Assembly (NCBI GenBank): GCA_030390025.1
Contig: JASTWF010000035.1
Span: 434,001-498,000, forward strand
DNA length: 64,000 nt
Direction: 5' to 3'
Source of the DNA: Squalus acanthias
Taxonomy: Eukaryota
Numbering within the stretch: the stretch's first letter is position 1; the number at the start of each line of letters is the position of its first letter. This document shows, piece after piece, positions 34,573-44,640 of this stretch. Both the position numbers and the translations under genes were made by a program. The notes under the pieces are model-generated. The model had not been told where the DNA came from and ran no database searches. It saw nothing but the letters and a program-made list of their open reading frames with translations.

Positions 34573-36431
34573 ATTTGGATGATCAGCCATGATCGCATTG
34601 AATGGCGGAGCAGGTTAGAGGGGCCGAATGACCTACTCCTGCTCCTATCTTCTATGTTTCTATGTTTCCTTCTACTCAGACTCAGTTCGAGAGCCTCCCA
34701 GAAAGCAGAGGCTGCAGCTTTTGACAGCTCAGTGGCCATTCTGCTTTCTGTGCCGGTGAGCTGAGGGACTCCCGAGAACTGAAGGGAGGAAGCCTGGAGG
34801 AGAAAGTAAAGGTAAGTAAAACTTATTGAAACACTTTACACACACCAAACACACTTACCTCTGCACTCATGCACCCATCACTCACCTGTACACCGGACAT
34901 CTCGACCCCTCCAAGCCCTGCAGACCGACGGTCCGCCTCGCTAACTTGGCGTGGTTTGGAGCCGTCGGGCAGCCCACACTTCAGGGCTAAAAATAGGGAT
35001 TAGCCAAAAAACTGCCTGATAACTACCAGTTAACAGACAGTTAATTGACACTAATCCCCTTCCTGCCTCGGGGAGGCGGCTGCCAGCACAGGTCGGGTAC
35101 CCGCCTCCTGGGACATTGGCATGGAGGCGGGCTGGGGGTGGGATGGGTACGTGCCCCCCGAATCTGCAATTTTCCCACCACTCCCGCCTCCAAACCCGCC
35201 TCCACGGGGCTTGGAAATTCGAGCCCTGAATGTCAAGGGGCGGTGGTTAGATTCTCGCTTGTTGGAGATAATCATTGCCTGGCACTTGTGTGGCGCGAAT
35301 GTTACCTGCTACTTATCAGCCCAAACCTGAACGTCATCCAGGTCTTGTTGCATGCGGGCATGGACTGCTTCATTATCTGAGGAGTTGTGAATGGCACTGA
35401 ACACTGTGCAGTCATCAGCGAACATCTCCATTTCTCACCTTATATTGGAGGAAAGGTCATTGATGAAGCAGCTGAAGATGGTTGGGCCTAGGACACTGCC
35501 CTGTGTAACTCCTACAGCGATGTCCTGGGGCTGTGATGATTGATCTCCAACCAACGCAACCATCTTCCTTTGTGCTAGGTACGACTCCAGCCAGTGGAGC
35601 CTTTTCCCCCTGATTCCCATTGACTTCAGTCACTAATAAATCCAATAAGGAATTCAGAACAAACTTCTTTGCCCAGAGAGCTATCACAGGGAGTGGTTGA
35701 GTCAAATAGCATAGATGCATTTAAGGGGAAGCTCGATAAACACATGAGGGAGAAAGGAATAGAAGGATATGCTGATAGGGTGTGTAAGGTTTCCAAAATT
35801 TACAGGACCCCAAAACCTAAGGAAAAAGGACTTTGGAACTACCTCAGAGTGATAAAAATGCATTTGGGCCTAACCTAAGGAATTTAAGACCAAAACCCAA
35901 GTTTTGGCATTTTAAAACATGTCTGTGCCTGTAAAGGGACAAGGAGGAGGGTTCGACCTCTGTAAAAGCAGTTTTGGTTATTGCAGTTAATTACACTGTC
36001 TGGGGAACCGGGATGACCTCACTCAAGCCCCAGCAGACATTAACATTTGAACAATAGACCCTGGGAGAAGACAGTCCCACCCAAAATAACAGGCCCCATC
36101 AAACCAATTACAGGGCCCATCAGAAACATGCATAATAAAACCCACTCAGACCCATTCTATAGAAAGACCGAGTCCAGCCTAGAAAACCAAACATGAAACC
36201 AATCACCAGTGATCAACCACGGAAATCGTCAGGATGCAAGTCATCCCAAAAACCATTTCACACTTACAGAGCAGTTACTGGTAACGAGCCCGCCAAAACC
36301 AGACAATAAACTGAGCAGATTTGGCGGGCAGATAAGGCCACTTCAATTTGGTATAATTGAAGGCCTGTTAAGCGGTTCGACAGTCGAGACAAGCGGGTCA
36401 TCAGCATCACACACACAGTCGAGTGTGGAGA

Positions 36432-38039
36432 TGTAGAATTCGCAATTATCGCGATTTCATTTTTATTAAGGAGAAAACACAAGTTTCATTCAAAACAGCT
36501 TTTATTTCAGCGGAATGCTGTCAGGTTTAAATTGGACACAAGCAGCCTGTAAAATGGCCGCCGCACCGCGTGACAGAACATTCGAGACTTTTCGGCAGGC
36601 AGACAAGATGGCGTTCCAATAAACATTTTTGCAGGATCGATAACGATTCAGCACAGTGAAGACAATACACAGGACATTATGGGTTTACAGTATAAACATC
36701 GATACTGGAATCGGTCTCCCAGGTACAAAGGAAAGCCATCAAGGGCCCATCCAAAGGACATTAATATGTAAACTCCCAACGGCTCTACGATGAGAGAGCC
36801 GTTAGCAGGTAGTTATACAGGACACTTGGAAGCCCCAAACCCCTCCAGGGGGAACACCGACCGATTTAACAATGGGAGAAGTATTAACAGGTACTCAAAC
36901 ATTCAGGAGTAGCCCCGAAACCCATTAAAGACAGAGATCACCCATACAGGACTTTTTGGGCGCCAAACCTTAAACAAAAGAATGGACATTATAGTTGGGC
37001 GGGAAACGGAAGAACTGTGCACTATAATTGCAGGCCCAAACCGTCCATTCTGTCTCTTGATTCTGGCCTCTTGACTCCTGATTCTTGCTCCTGCCTCGTG
37101 TTCGTGACTCTTGCCGCTTGCTGCTGTTATCCTCGTGGCTGCTCCTGGGTGAAAGACTGTTGCAAAGACCTATGTTGGTAGCTGGCAGCGGAACCGAAGG
37201 CCCGGGATGAGATGAGATGAGATGAGATGAGAGGAGAAGAGAAGAAGACCTTATCCATCGCCACGGTCAGTAAATCCCGACCGCGCCTGTAGGTCGATCG
37301 GCCAAGTCTTCTTGACAACGAAGTTTTCTTCTAACAAAACATATTGCATCGACGATAACTGGACTGTGCAAACACATCGTATCAATGATATTGACAACGG
37401 TGTTCCACCATACCCTGTATCCAACCAACAGAGGTCTTCACTACAGCGGACGGTCCAGCCGACTGACCGAGCAGCAGAAGCAGTAAACAAGTGGGACCAG
37501 GAGATCTCCTGACCAACACGTGGGTGCTGAGGTGAAAAACATCCGATCAGCTATTCGGGATTTCTCCGAGTTATTACGAGTGGTGAGCATGAGTCTCGGG
37601 ATCCTACGAAGCTAGTTTTAGGATAGTTATTGATAGGGGAGGGTTTAAAGTAAGGATATTTGTAATGTGTGCCCTATTTACGTTGTGCTGGTCGTTCCTC
37701 GTTTCCCTAAGAGTGATTATAACTGTTTGTAAGATTGTACTGTCATTAATCTGTGCATATGACATGTATTTCATAATTTTAAGTATCATGCAATAAAGAT
37801 TTTCCATTTCGTACCGTTCAAACCAAGTCTACATGAGTTTTATCTCCATTGCTGCTCTCGCATCTAAGTCCAGTGTCTAGAACCGTAAGGGAGAGTGATT
37901 CGAACCACTCACAGGGGTGTCTAGTGTTCCCAGACTGGCTGGAGACCAGGCCTAGACCCGCACTGACATACAGGCTGCACAGAGCCGCGTGAATCTCACA
38001 GGCTACGAGACACGCAGGGTCAGGAGAGTATCCCTTACA
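36432..38039 (+). repeat. ERV 5' LTR (1608 bp): candidate TATA at 37023, candidate splice donor at 37583, AATAAA at 37792
   Basis: TGTA...TACA ends; repeated at offset 10986. Confidence 0.97.
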
Positions 38040-38043
38040 GAAA

Positions 38044-39855
38044 ATGGCGACCGCGGCAGGACATTGGCAGCGAGAGGGTGGTGTGTTGGACTTTGGAATG
38101 ACTGTACGAAATGTGATGCAGGAAAAGATAGCGGATTACGTGTTTGGAAAGGTTAATCTAACTAAAAAGTGGATAAGCGAATTGTTAGCGGATAAGAGTC
38201 CACTAGAGGCAGCTGAAAGATGGACGGATAGTAAGGAGCATAAAAAGGCAGTTGAGAAAGCAGTCTGGCTTATGTGCTACAAAAGGCAGGTCCAGATTTC
38301 TAACCAGACCAATACAGCGCTAACCGCTCGAATCAAGCAGTTAGAGGAGGAAATGGAGGAGAAGGTTTCTGGAGGGGAGGTGCTCATTAAGAGTTTAAAT
38401 GAGTTACGCCAGGAAAGCCAGGAAGTCTCCAGCTACCTTAAAACAAGGGTAGAGTATCTCGAGTGCCAGATCACTGAAGCAAAATTAAACGAGAATAGGA
38501 TGAAGGACAGATGTAACCGTCAAGCTGCCCAGATAAGAACTCAAGAAGAGAGCTTAATGGGGGTTAGGTCGGCGTATAAGTTGGCCCTTGAGGATAAGTT
38601 TCAGGGAGCCGACCATAGCGCCTGTGAAAAGGAGATAGAGAGCCTCAAAAAGGCCGTGAATAATGCGAACGGCATGGTGTGCCTTATCAATCCGTCGGCA
38701 CGCCAGCCGCTAGTAAATGAGAGATTTAGAAATTCCCCACCAAGTAAAGCAGAAGAAGTAGTAGCCACTGCGCCCCCCGCGCCACCCAGCTATTCAGAAA
38801 CCTGGGTTAGGGAGGAAGCAACGGAAGAAGCGAAAGAGCCCGTTGAAAAGGAGGTAGAAAAGGGATCGTTGTATCCAGTAACGGGGATTAAAAGGGGCCC
38901 AAGCAGAAACGGTGGGGAAGAACCGGGGGATCTCCTCGGACAGCTGGTGTTGCCTCACAGTTCACATCAGCTGAGGGCCATGATAAACCACGTAAGGAAG
39001 CTGACCGAGATAGACGACCCTTCCGTACATTTTAGGGAAGTTGAGCAAGCCGCAGCCATTAACGGCTGCGATGATGGGGAGACAGCAAAAATGCTGCTGT
39101 TCTCATTAGACAGCTCGGTCCTTCAGTGTCTCTCAGGCGATAGCAAGAGGGGTAATAAAAGTTATGAGGAATTGAAAAATGAGGTCCTAGAAGTAGTGGG
39201 AGCGAACGACGGAGGTCCGTTTGCTAGAGTGGGACAGACAGTGCAGATGGAGGGAGAACCCCCGAAGGTTTTTGCCGACAGGCTGTGGCCAGTATATGAG
39301 CGCAGCTGTCTAGGTGCGCCCGAGCGCGAAGATGTGGAAGGCGCCGCTTTAATTCATTGGCTTAGGTGCATAATAGCCAACAGTTTACCAGCCGTTAGAG
39401 AGCAGGCAAAAGCCTGGTTCGATCCCAATGACCTCAACCTTACGGAAGAGTCGGTCTTGAATCGACTCACGTTAGGTTACCGTAACATAAGGGGTATGGC
39501 AACACGTCCCTTTAAGGGAAGAGTACATGAGGTACGACCCGCAGCCCCGGCTCAAAGAGAGTGGCATCAGGAGGGTAATCGCGCCCCACCGGCAAGCAAT
39601 GCCTGTTACGGGTGTGGGAAGACAGGGCACTGGCGCAAGCACTGCAGGAACCCTTGGAAGGATTCCAAGGATAAAAATCCCGCGGTCCGAGCCCAGGCGC
39701 CTGTCCCGGCTAAGGAGGCAAAGGTACCCACCTCTCCCGAAGACCTTGAGGCAGTGTTAGGAGTCATGCGCAAGATGGTTTTAAATGCGCGTGGACAGGT
39801 GGCGGTCGCAACCGGCCCCGTAGGTGCCGCAGGACCGTCTAATAGTGCCCCATGA
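38044..39855 (+). CDS. gag: Gag (603 aa): N-terminal coiled coil, PPSY late domain, capsid-like region, single CCHC knuckle
   Basis: PPSY at 38782-38793; CYGCGKTGHWRKHC at 39604-39645; position after the LTR. Confidence 0.92.
   Translation: MATAAGHWQREGGVLDFGMTVRNVMQEKIADYVFGKVNLTKKWISELLADKSPLEAAERWTDSKEHKKAVEKAVWLMCYKRQVQISNQTNTALTARIKQLEEEMEEKVSGGEVLIKSLNELRQESQEVSSYLKTRVEYLECQITEAKLNENRMKDRCNRQAAQIRTQEESLMGVRSAYKLALEDKFQGADHSACEKEIESLKKAVNNANGMVCLINPSARQPLVNERFRNSPPSKAEEVVATAPPAPPSYSETWVREEATEEAKEPVEKEVEKGSLYPVTGIKRGPSRNGGEEPGDLLGQLVLPHSSHQLRAMINHVRKLTEIDDPSVHFREVEQAAAINGCDDGETAKMLLFSLDSSVLQCLSGDSKRGNKSYEELKNEVLEVVGANDGGPFARVGQTVQMEGEPPKVFADRLWPVYERSCLGAPEREDVEGAALIHWLRCIIANSLPAVREQAKAWFDPNDLNLTEESVLNRLTLGYRNIRGMATRPFKGRVHEVRPAAPAQREWHQEGNRAPPASNACYGCGKTGHWRKHCRNPWKDSKDKNPAVRAQAPVPAKEAKVPTSPEDLEAVLGVMRKMVLNARGQVAVATGPVGAAGPSNSAP
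38045..38061 (+). promoter_or_regulatory. Probable primer-binding site (tRNA-Ser-like)
   Basis: TGGCGACCGCGGCAGGA five bases after the LTR; resembles the recalled tRNA-Ser complement TGGCG-N5-GGCAGGA, with an imperfect middle. Confidence 0.6.
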
Positions 39856-42800
39856 CTAGAACCAGCACAGCCCGTCTACCTGTGTCCGCTCAGCTATGAT
39901 GCGTGGAGGCGACCTGTGGTGGAGATGGAGGTAGAGAAACAAAAGGGCAGTTATCTGTTGGACACGGGAGCTTCTTGCACCATAATCCATACAGATGACC
40001 CTTTTGACTCGCCGCTATCTACCAAGGTCCCATTCACGCTAGCAGGGTTCACAGGGAAAGAACAGGCTGGCACGTTTTCCCTCCCGCTATCCATTCGTTT
40101 AGGGACACTTCGCCTTAAGTGGAAGTGTATACTAATGGCATGGCAAAAGGGGGGTGGAAGAGGTATTCTCGGGTCCGATCTGCTAGCGGGACACGGGATC
40201 CTCGTGGACCTCAGAAATCACTGTCTCTGGGGGGCTAAAGGGGAAAAAGGCGAAGTAATGGTAATTCAAGGGGAGGAAGAAACAGGGGTCCTGTGTACCG
40301 TACAGCCATCCGGAGGCTACGACCTCAGGCTTATGGTCGCAGATGTCCCAACGGACATGCAGACGTACGTGACAGATAATATGCACGCGTTTGCAACCCA
40401 CAAGCACGATTGTGGGAGGGTGGTCGGGTTTGAGGTCAGCGTAGATGGGGACCCCATGACCCGACCCCAAAAGCAGTATAACTTCCCCAAAGAAGCAGAA
40501 CCCGATATGGAGGCAGCAATGTCTTCCTTGGTGCAGCAGGGCGTGTTGAGGCCGATAGCCACACACGTGAACTCCCCATTATGGCCGGTTAGGAAGCCGG
40601 ATAATTCGTGGAGAGCCACGGTGGACTACAGAGTCCTCAACAGTAACATCCCCGCCTGCGCGCCCACAGTAGCAGCAGTTGCTGACCTAATAGGGAGCAT
40701 CCCAGCGTCCGCGACCACGTTCACGGTGCTGGATATCTCGAACGGTTTTTGGTCCATCCCGCTGCGGCGAGAGGACCAGTACAAGTTTGCCTTTACGTTT
40801 AAAGGGCAACAGTACACGTGGAACTGCTTGCCACAAGGTTTCCACAATAGCCCCAGTATTTTTCACCAGTGTATGGCAGGGAGTTTAAAGGAGTTTAGTC
40901 AGCCCAATCAGATAGTACAGTATGTGGATGATTTGCTCCTATTTACGGACTCAAGGGAGGAGCACGGACCACTGCTGGACGAGTTATTGGAGCTGTTAGC
41001 GAGAAAGGGTTTTAAAGTAAACCCAAAGAAAGCACGTATCGGTCAGCAGGAAGTAAAATTCCTGGGGCTGACCCTACGCGCTGGGGAAAGAGCGATAGAC
41101 AAAGCAAGGAGGGAGTCGGTGCAAGAATTACCGATTCCCAACAACGTAAGGGGTGTGAGGTCCTTCTTGGGACTGACCGGTTACTGCAGGGATTTTATCG
41201 AGGATTATGCGGCCACAGCGGCGCCGCTCCTCCGACTCCTCCACAAGGGAGTAGAGTGGCTTTGGGACGAGGGCTGCCAAGCAGCCTTCGAGAAGTTAAA
41301 AAGGGATCTGCAGACCGCGCCAGCCTTAGGGGCCATAGATGGGGGGAAGGAGTTTTTCCTGGAGGTAGCTGCCAGCGGAGACAGCTTAAGCGCCGTGCTG
41401 CTCCAAGAGCGTCACGGCAAGCTGAGGCCGGTTGTCTATTCATCCAGGGTATTAACGGATGTGGAGAGAAGTTTTTCCAATTGCGAAAGGCACCTTTTAG
41501 CCACGCATTGGGCTGTGAAAAGATCAGCGATCTTCACAGGGCTCTCTCCCATCACTCTCCTCACACATCACACACCAACTAAGATGCTTCTGGATGGGAG
41601 GATTAAAGACGGGACCGTAAGCAGCGCACGCATTGCGCGTTGGACCCTTCTTCTCTCCCAGTTGGACATCAGAGTAAAAGGTCTTTGCGAGCCCAGGCTT
41701 GCGGCCAATTTGGTATACCCCGGTACAGCCCACCGGTGTTCGGTGGAGGGGGTGTGGGAAGTCAACATAGGTTTACGGGCCGGGATACATCCCACTGGGC
41801 GCGAGATTTATGTTGATGGGTCTAGCACAGTATCTGCTGGCGAGCGACTCACAGGGTGTGGAGTTTATGACCCTGCGGCAGACCTTGCCCTGGCGATCAA
41901 GCTCCCTAGCACCATGAGCGCGCAGCAGGCTGAGCTGTCTGCCGTGGTGTACGTGGTAACCCACCCAGACATTTTCCCCACCCCATACACGATTTGCTCG
42001 GACAGTATGTTCACCTGCAATTCGTGTACGGAATACCTGGCCATTTGGTCCCGCCGTGGATACACCTCCGCGGACGGGCGACCTTTAACGGTAAAGCCCT
42101 TGCTGGAAAAGATCTTAGCAGCAGCAGTAGGGGAGGAAGGGGAGATTTTCATCCATAAGGTGAAAGCTCACTCCTCCACAGAGCCCCGTGGGGAGGGCAA
42201 CCGGCAGGCGGATGCGCTAGCCAGGGAGGGTGCCCGCGACGGTACTTTCTGGAACCCCTATAGAACCGGACCCATAGCAGCGGTCCGAGGTGGGGACGGG
42301 AATACCGGGAACACCAGGGTAGCATTGCCCCTAGACCTTAAGACCGTCCAAGCCCAGGATCCCGCCCTAAAAGCAGTCCTAAAAACGATTGCTGAGGGGA
42401 GGCAGGTAGAAGGTCCGTACAGTACGGCAACCCTCTCAGTTAAGGAAGGCATGCTGTTCCGCGAGGAGCAGTGGGTTGTGCCGCAGCAGCACAGGAGGGA
42501 ATTCCTCCAGTTGGCTCACGAGGGACCAGGGGCAGGGCACCCCGGGCCCGAGGTTACCTGGCAACGGGTAGAGCAAGCGGGATGGTGGCCAGGGCTCAGG
42601 GAACAAGTCCGCGAGTTCTGTGCAAACTGTCTTGTGTGCGCTGCAAATAACCCAGACCCCCAGAAAAGGAAGGTGCCCATGGGACACGTAAGAAGGGTAG
42701 AGGGACCATGGCAGTCGATACAGATCGACTATATAGGACCCCTGCCCACCACCCAGGGAGGTTATAAGTACTGCCTCGTCCTGGTGGATGTGTTTTCCAA

Positions 42801-44358
42801 ATGGGTGGAAGCCTTCCCTTGTCGAACAGCTACGGCACTGGGTACAGCAAAAATCTTGGTCCGGGAAGTGTTCTCGCGGTGGGGACTCCCCCGTTTCGTG
42901 GAGTCAGACCAAGGGAGTCATTTCACCGGCCAGGTGATGCAGAACACCCTCATGCTTTTGGGCATTGAAGGGAAGTGGCACGTAGCACACAATCCCCAGT
43001 CATCCGGGATTGTTGAACGTATGAACCGGACCCTGAAGGAGAAATTGAGGAAAGAGACTAGGAACTCGCCCCAAAAATGGGCGGAAGTTCTGCCTTTAGT
43101 CCTCATGGGGGTCCGGGCCAGTCAGTCAAAAGGTACGGGGTACTCCCCGCACGAGGTAATGACCGGCAGGCTCATGCGAACCCCCACCCATGTGCTAGCC
43201 CCGGTGCTCACTGAGGGTCAGCTTCAAGAGATCAGCAGGGACAAGTTCGCCCAAACTCTCTTGGAGCGCCTGAAGCAAGTTTATGAGCAGGCGGCTGGGA
43301 ACATGGGAAGGCAGCACCAGGGCAATCGCTTGTTGCTGGAACCCCGCAAAACGCGGGAGTGGGAAGTAGGAGACCAGGTCATGGTCAGAAACTACGCCAG
43401 AGTAGGGAGTCTGGAACCACTGTATATGGGACCCTACAACATTGTAGACAAGGCAAGTCCCATGGTTTACGCCGTAAAAGTACCTCGGCGCACTAAGTGG
43501 TTCCACATAAACCAATGTAAACTGTACCAGCCGGGTGCGCAAGGGAAAACTACAGGGGTAAATCCCGCCAACGGGAAAACACAGCCCCAGGTAGGACCAC
43601 AAGGCACACAGGCAGGCGTAGCAGCTTGCATCAGGGGAAGGGACATCCCGGACGATCATGCAGCGTTTTTCTGGAGTTGGGGGTTAGATGACGAGGACCC
43701 CAGGGTACCCTGGTCAGATGAGGATAGTGCAGATGAGCATAGTGATGATGACGGGTGGTTTCACAGGAACGGTCTGGAAGGATTGGGGCCGATAGGTAGA
43801 GAGCCATACGGGGTGGACACACAAGCTGCAGGTCCCGACAGGAGGAGGAAGGAGCTAGAGGAGGCCGGGCCAGCCGCTATGTGGTTCCCAGAGGTGTGGC
43901 CGCCCGCTGTAAACGTCCAGTCCTCAGGGGAGGCAGAGTTCGCGAGTGAAGGGCCGCCTGCTGGGCCGAGCAGGGCGGGGCCCCGAACTGCCAGCCCCGA
44001 GGTTAGGGAGGCGGAGTCAGCGGAGGCGGGGCTGGCGCCTGTGATGGAACCCCAGGTCATCCCGTTGAAGGTCTCGGGACCCGGTCCGTCCGTCACGGAG
44101 CCCCCGCCCATAGCAGTTCCCCGTAGGTCAAGCAGAGCACCCCAGCCCAGGAAGACGTGGTCGGGTCCACAGGATGCCCCAGGGCGTAAGTTTCAGATTA
44201 AGATAACCCGGGTAGAGACAGGCCACATCGAAGCAGTAACAGGCTGCGGCAGATCAGAGGAAAGGGTCAGCGCAGCAACAGGCTGCGGCAGAACAGAGGG
44301 AAGGGTCAGTGCCCTCCCACCGTCGGGAAGAGCTCGCAGCAGCCTTCTCAGGATTTAA
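39856..44358 (+). CDS. pol: Pol, in frame with gag: protease, RT, tether, RNase H, integrase, long C-terminal tail
   Basis: LLDTGAS; LPQGF and YVDD; degenerate RNase H (LEVAAS); retroviral-type RNase H (YVDGS, AQQAEL, SDS, VKAH, GNRQAD); HHCC; IDYIG / SDQG / IVER; GPY. Confidence 0.96.
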   Translation, partial: LEPAQPVYLCPLSYDAWRRPVVEMEVEKQKGSYLLDTGASCTIIHTDDPFDSPLSTKVPFTLAGFTGKEQAGTFSLPLSIRLGTLRLKWKCILMAWQKGGGRGILGSDLLAGHGILVDLRNHCLWGAKGEKGEVMVIQGEEETGVLCTVQPSGGYDLRLMVADVPTDMQTYVTDNMHAFATHKHDCGRVVGFEVSVDGDPMTRPQKQYNFPKEAEPDMEAAMSSLVQQGVLRPIATHVNSPLWPVRKPDNSWRATVDYRVLNSNIPACAPTVAAVADLIGSIPASATTFTVLDISNGFWSIPLRREDQYKFAFTFKGQQYTWNCLPQGFHNSPSIFHQCMAGSLKEFSQPNQIVQYVDDLLLFTDSREEHGPLLDELLELLARKGFKVNPKKARIGQQEVKFLGLTLRAGERAIDKARRESVQELPIPNNVRGVRSFLGLTGYCRDFIEDYAATAAPLLRLLHKGVEWLWDEGCQAAFEKLKRDLQTAPALGAIDGGKEFFLEVAASGDSLSAVLLQERHGKLRPVVYSSRVLTDVERSFSNCERHLLATHWAVKRSAIFTGLSPITLLTHHTPTKMLLDGRIKDGTVSSARIARWTLLLSQLDIRVKGLCEPRLAANLVYPGTAHRCSVEGVWEVNIGLRAGIHPTGREIYVDGSSTVSAGERLTGCGVYDPAADLALAIKLPSTMSAQQAELSAVVYVVTHPDIFPTPYTICSDSMFTCNSCTEYLAIWSRRGYTSADGRPLTVKPLLEKILAAAVGEEGEIFIHKVKAHSSTEPRGEGNRQADALAREGARDGTFWNPYRTGPIAAVRGGDGNTGNTRVALPLDLKTVQAQDPALKAVLKTIAEGRQVEGPYSTATLSVKEGMLFREEQWVVPQQHRREFLQLAHEGPGAGHPGPEVTWQRVEQAGWWPGLREQVREFCANCLVCAANNPDPQKRKVPMGHVRRVEGPWQSIQIDYIGPLPTTQGGYKYCLVLVDVFSKWVEAFPCRTATALGTAKILVREVFSRWGLPRFVESDQGSHFTGQVMQNTLMLLGIEGKWHVAHNPQSSGIVERMNRTLKEKLRKETRNSPQKWAEVLPLVLMGVRASQSKGTGYSPHEVMTGRLMRTPTHVLAPVLTEGQLQEISRDKFAQTLLERLKQVYEQAAGNMGRQHQGNRLLLEPRKTREWEVGDQVMVRNYARVGSLEPLYMGPYNIVDKASPMVYAVKVPRRTKWFHINQCKLYQPGAQGKTTGVNPANGKTQPQVGPQGTQAGVAACIRGRDIPDDHAAFFWSWGLDDEDPRVPWSDEDSADEHSDDDGWFHRNGLEGLGPIGREPYGVDTQAAGPDRRRKELEEAGPAAMWFPEVWPPAVNVQSSGEAEFASEGPPAGPSRAGPRTASPEVREAESAEAGLAPVMEPQVIPLKVSGPGPSVTEPPPIAVPRRSSRAPQPRKTWSGPQDAPGRKFQIKITRVETGHIEAVTGCGRSEERVSAATGCGRTEGRVSALPPSGRARSSLLRI

Positions 44359-44640
44359 AGGGGCCGCCCTGAGAACGGGCGGCATTGTAAAGTTATTAGT
44401 TTAAGGTTTTAAGTTTTAGTTTAAAGTTTTAAGTAGTTTTAATAAGTTTAAGTTTGTAGTGGTTTTAACAGATAACGACAAATGATGGGAGTTTTAAGGC
44501 TAGGTCTAGAGGAAGTCTATCCAGCGTACATGTCTTTTTACGTGAGACGAGGTCAAGGGACCCGCTCACCCTTCACAAAAGCCAGAGACTCTTGGGAGGC
44601 TGGCTACAGCATTTTATCTGATCACAGGAACCAAGGAAGG

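Larger units (their letters stand above)
29366..34668 (+). mobile_element. Near full-length CR1 LINE
   Basis: GC-rich 5' UTR, ORF1, ORF2, (TTCTATGT)n tail; candidate 6-bp TSD CTTCTA (29360-29365 and 34669-34674). Confidence 0.93.
28930..35226. mobile_element. Non-autonomous TIR element (PIF/Harbinger-like), expanded by nested insertions
   Basis: Imperfect TIRs GGGCTGGATTTT / AAATTCGAGCCC, 3-bp TSD TGA (28927-28929 and 35227-35229); it interrupts the LINE. Confidence 0.65.

Noticed and set aside
37127..37807. Short LTR ORFs as accessory genes
   Set aside because: Under 80 aa, no recognisable motifs, and not preserved intact in the sister LTR at 60151-61796.
44482..44640. Upstream ATGs as the Env start
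   Set aside because: The hydrophobic signal peptide begins at 44641, just after a plausible splice acceptor; a foamy-like long leader cannot be fully excluded.
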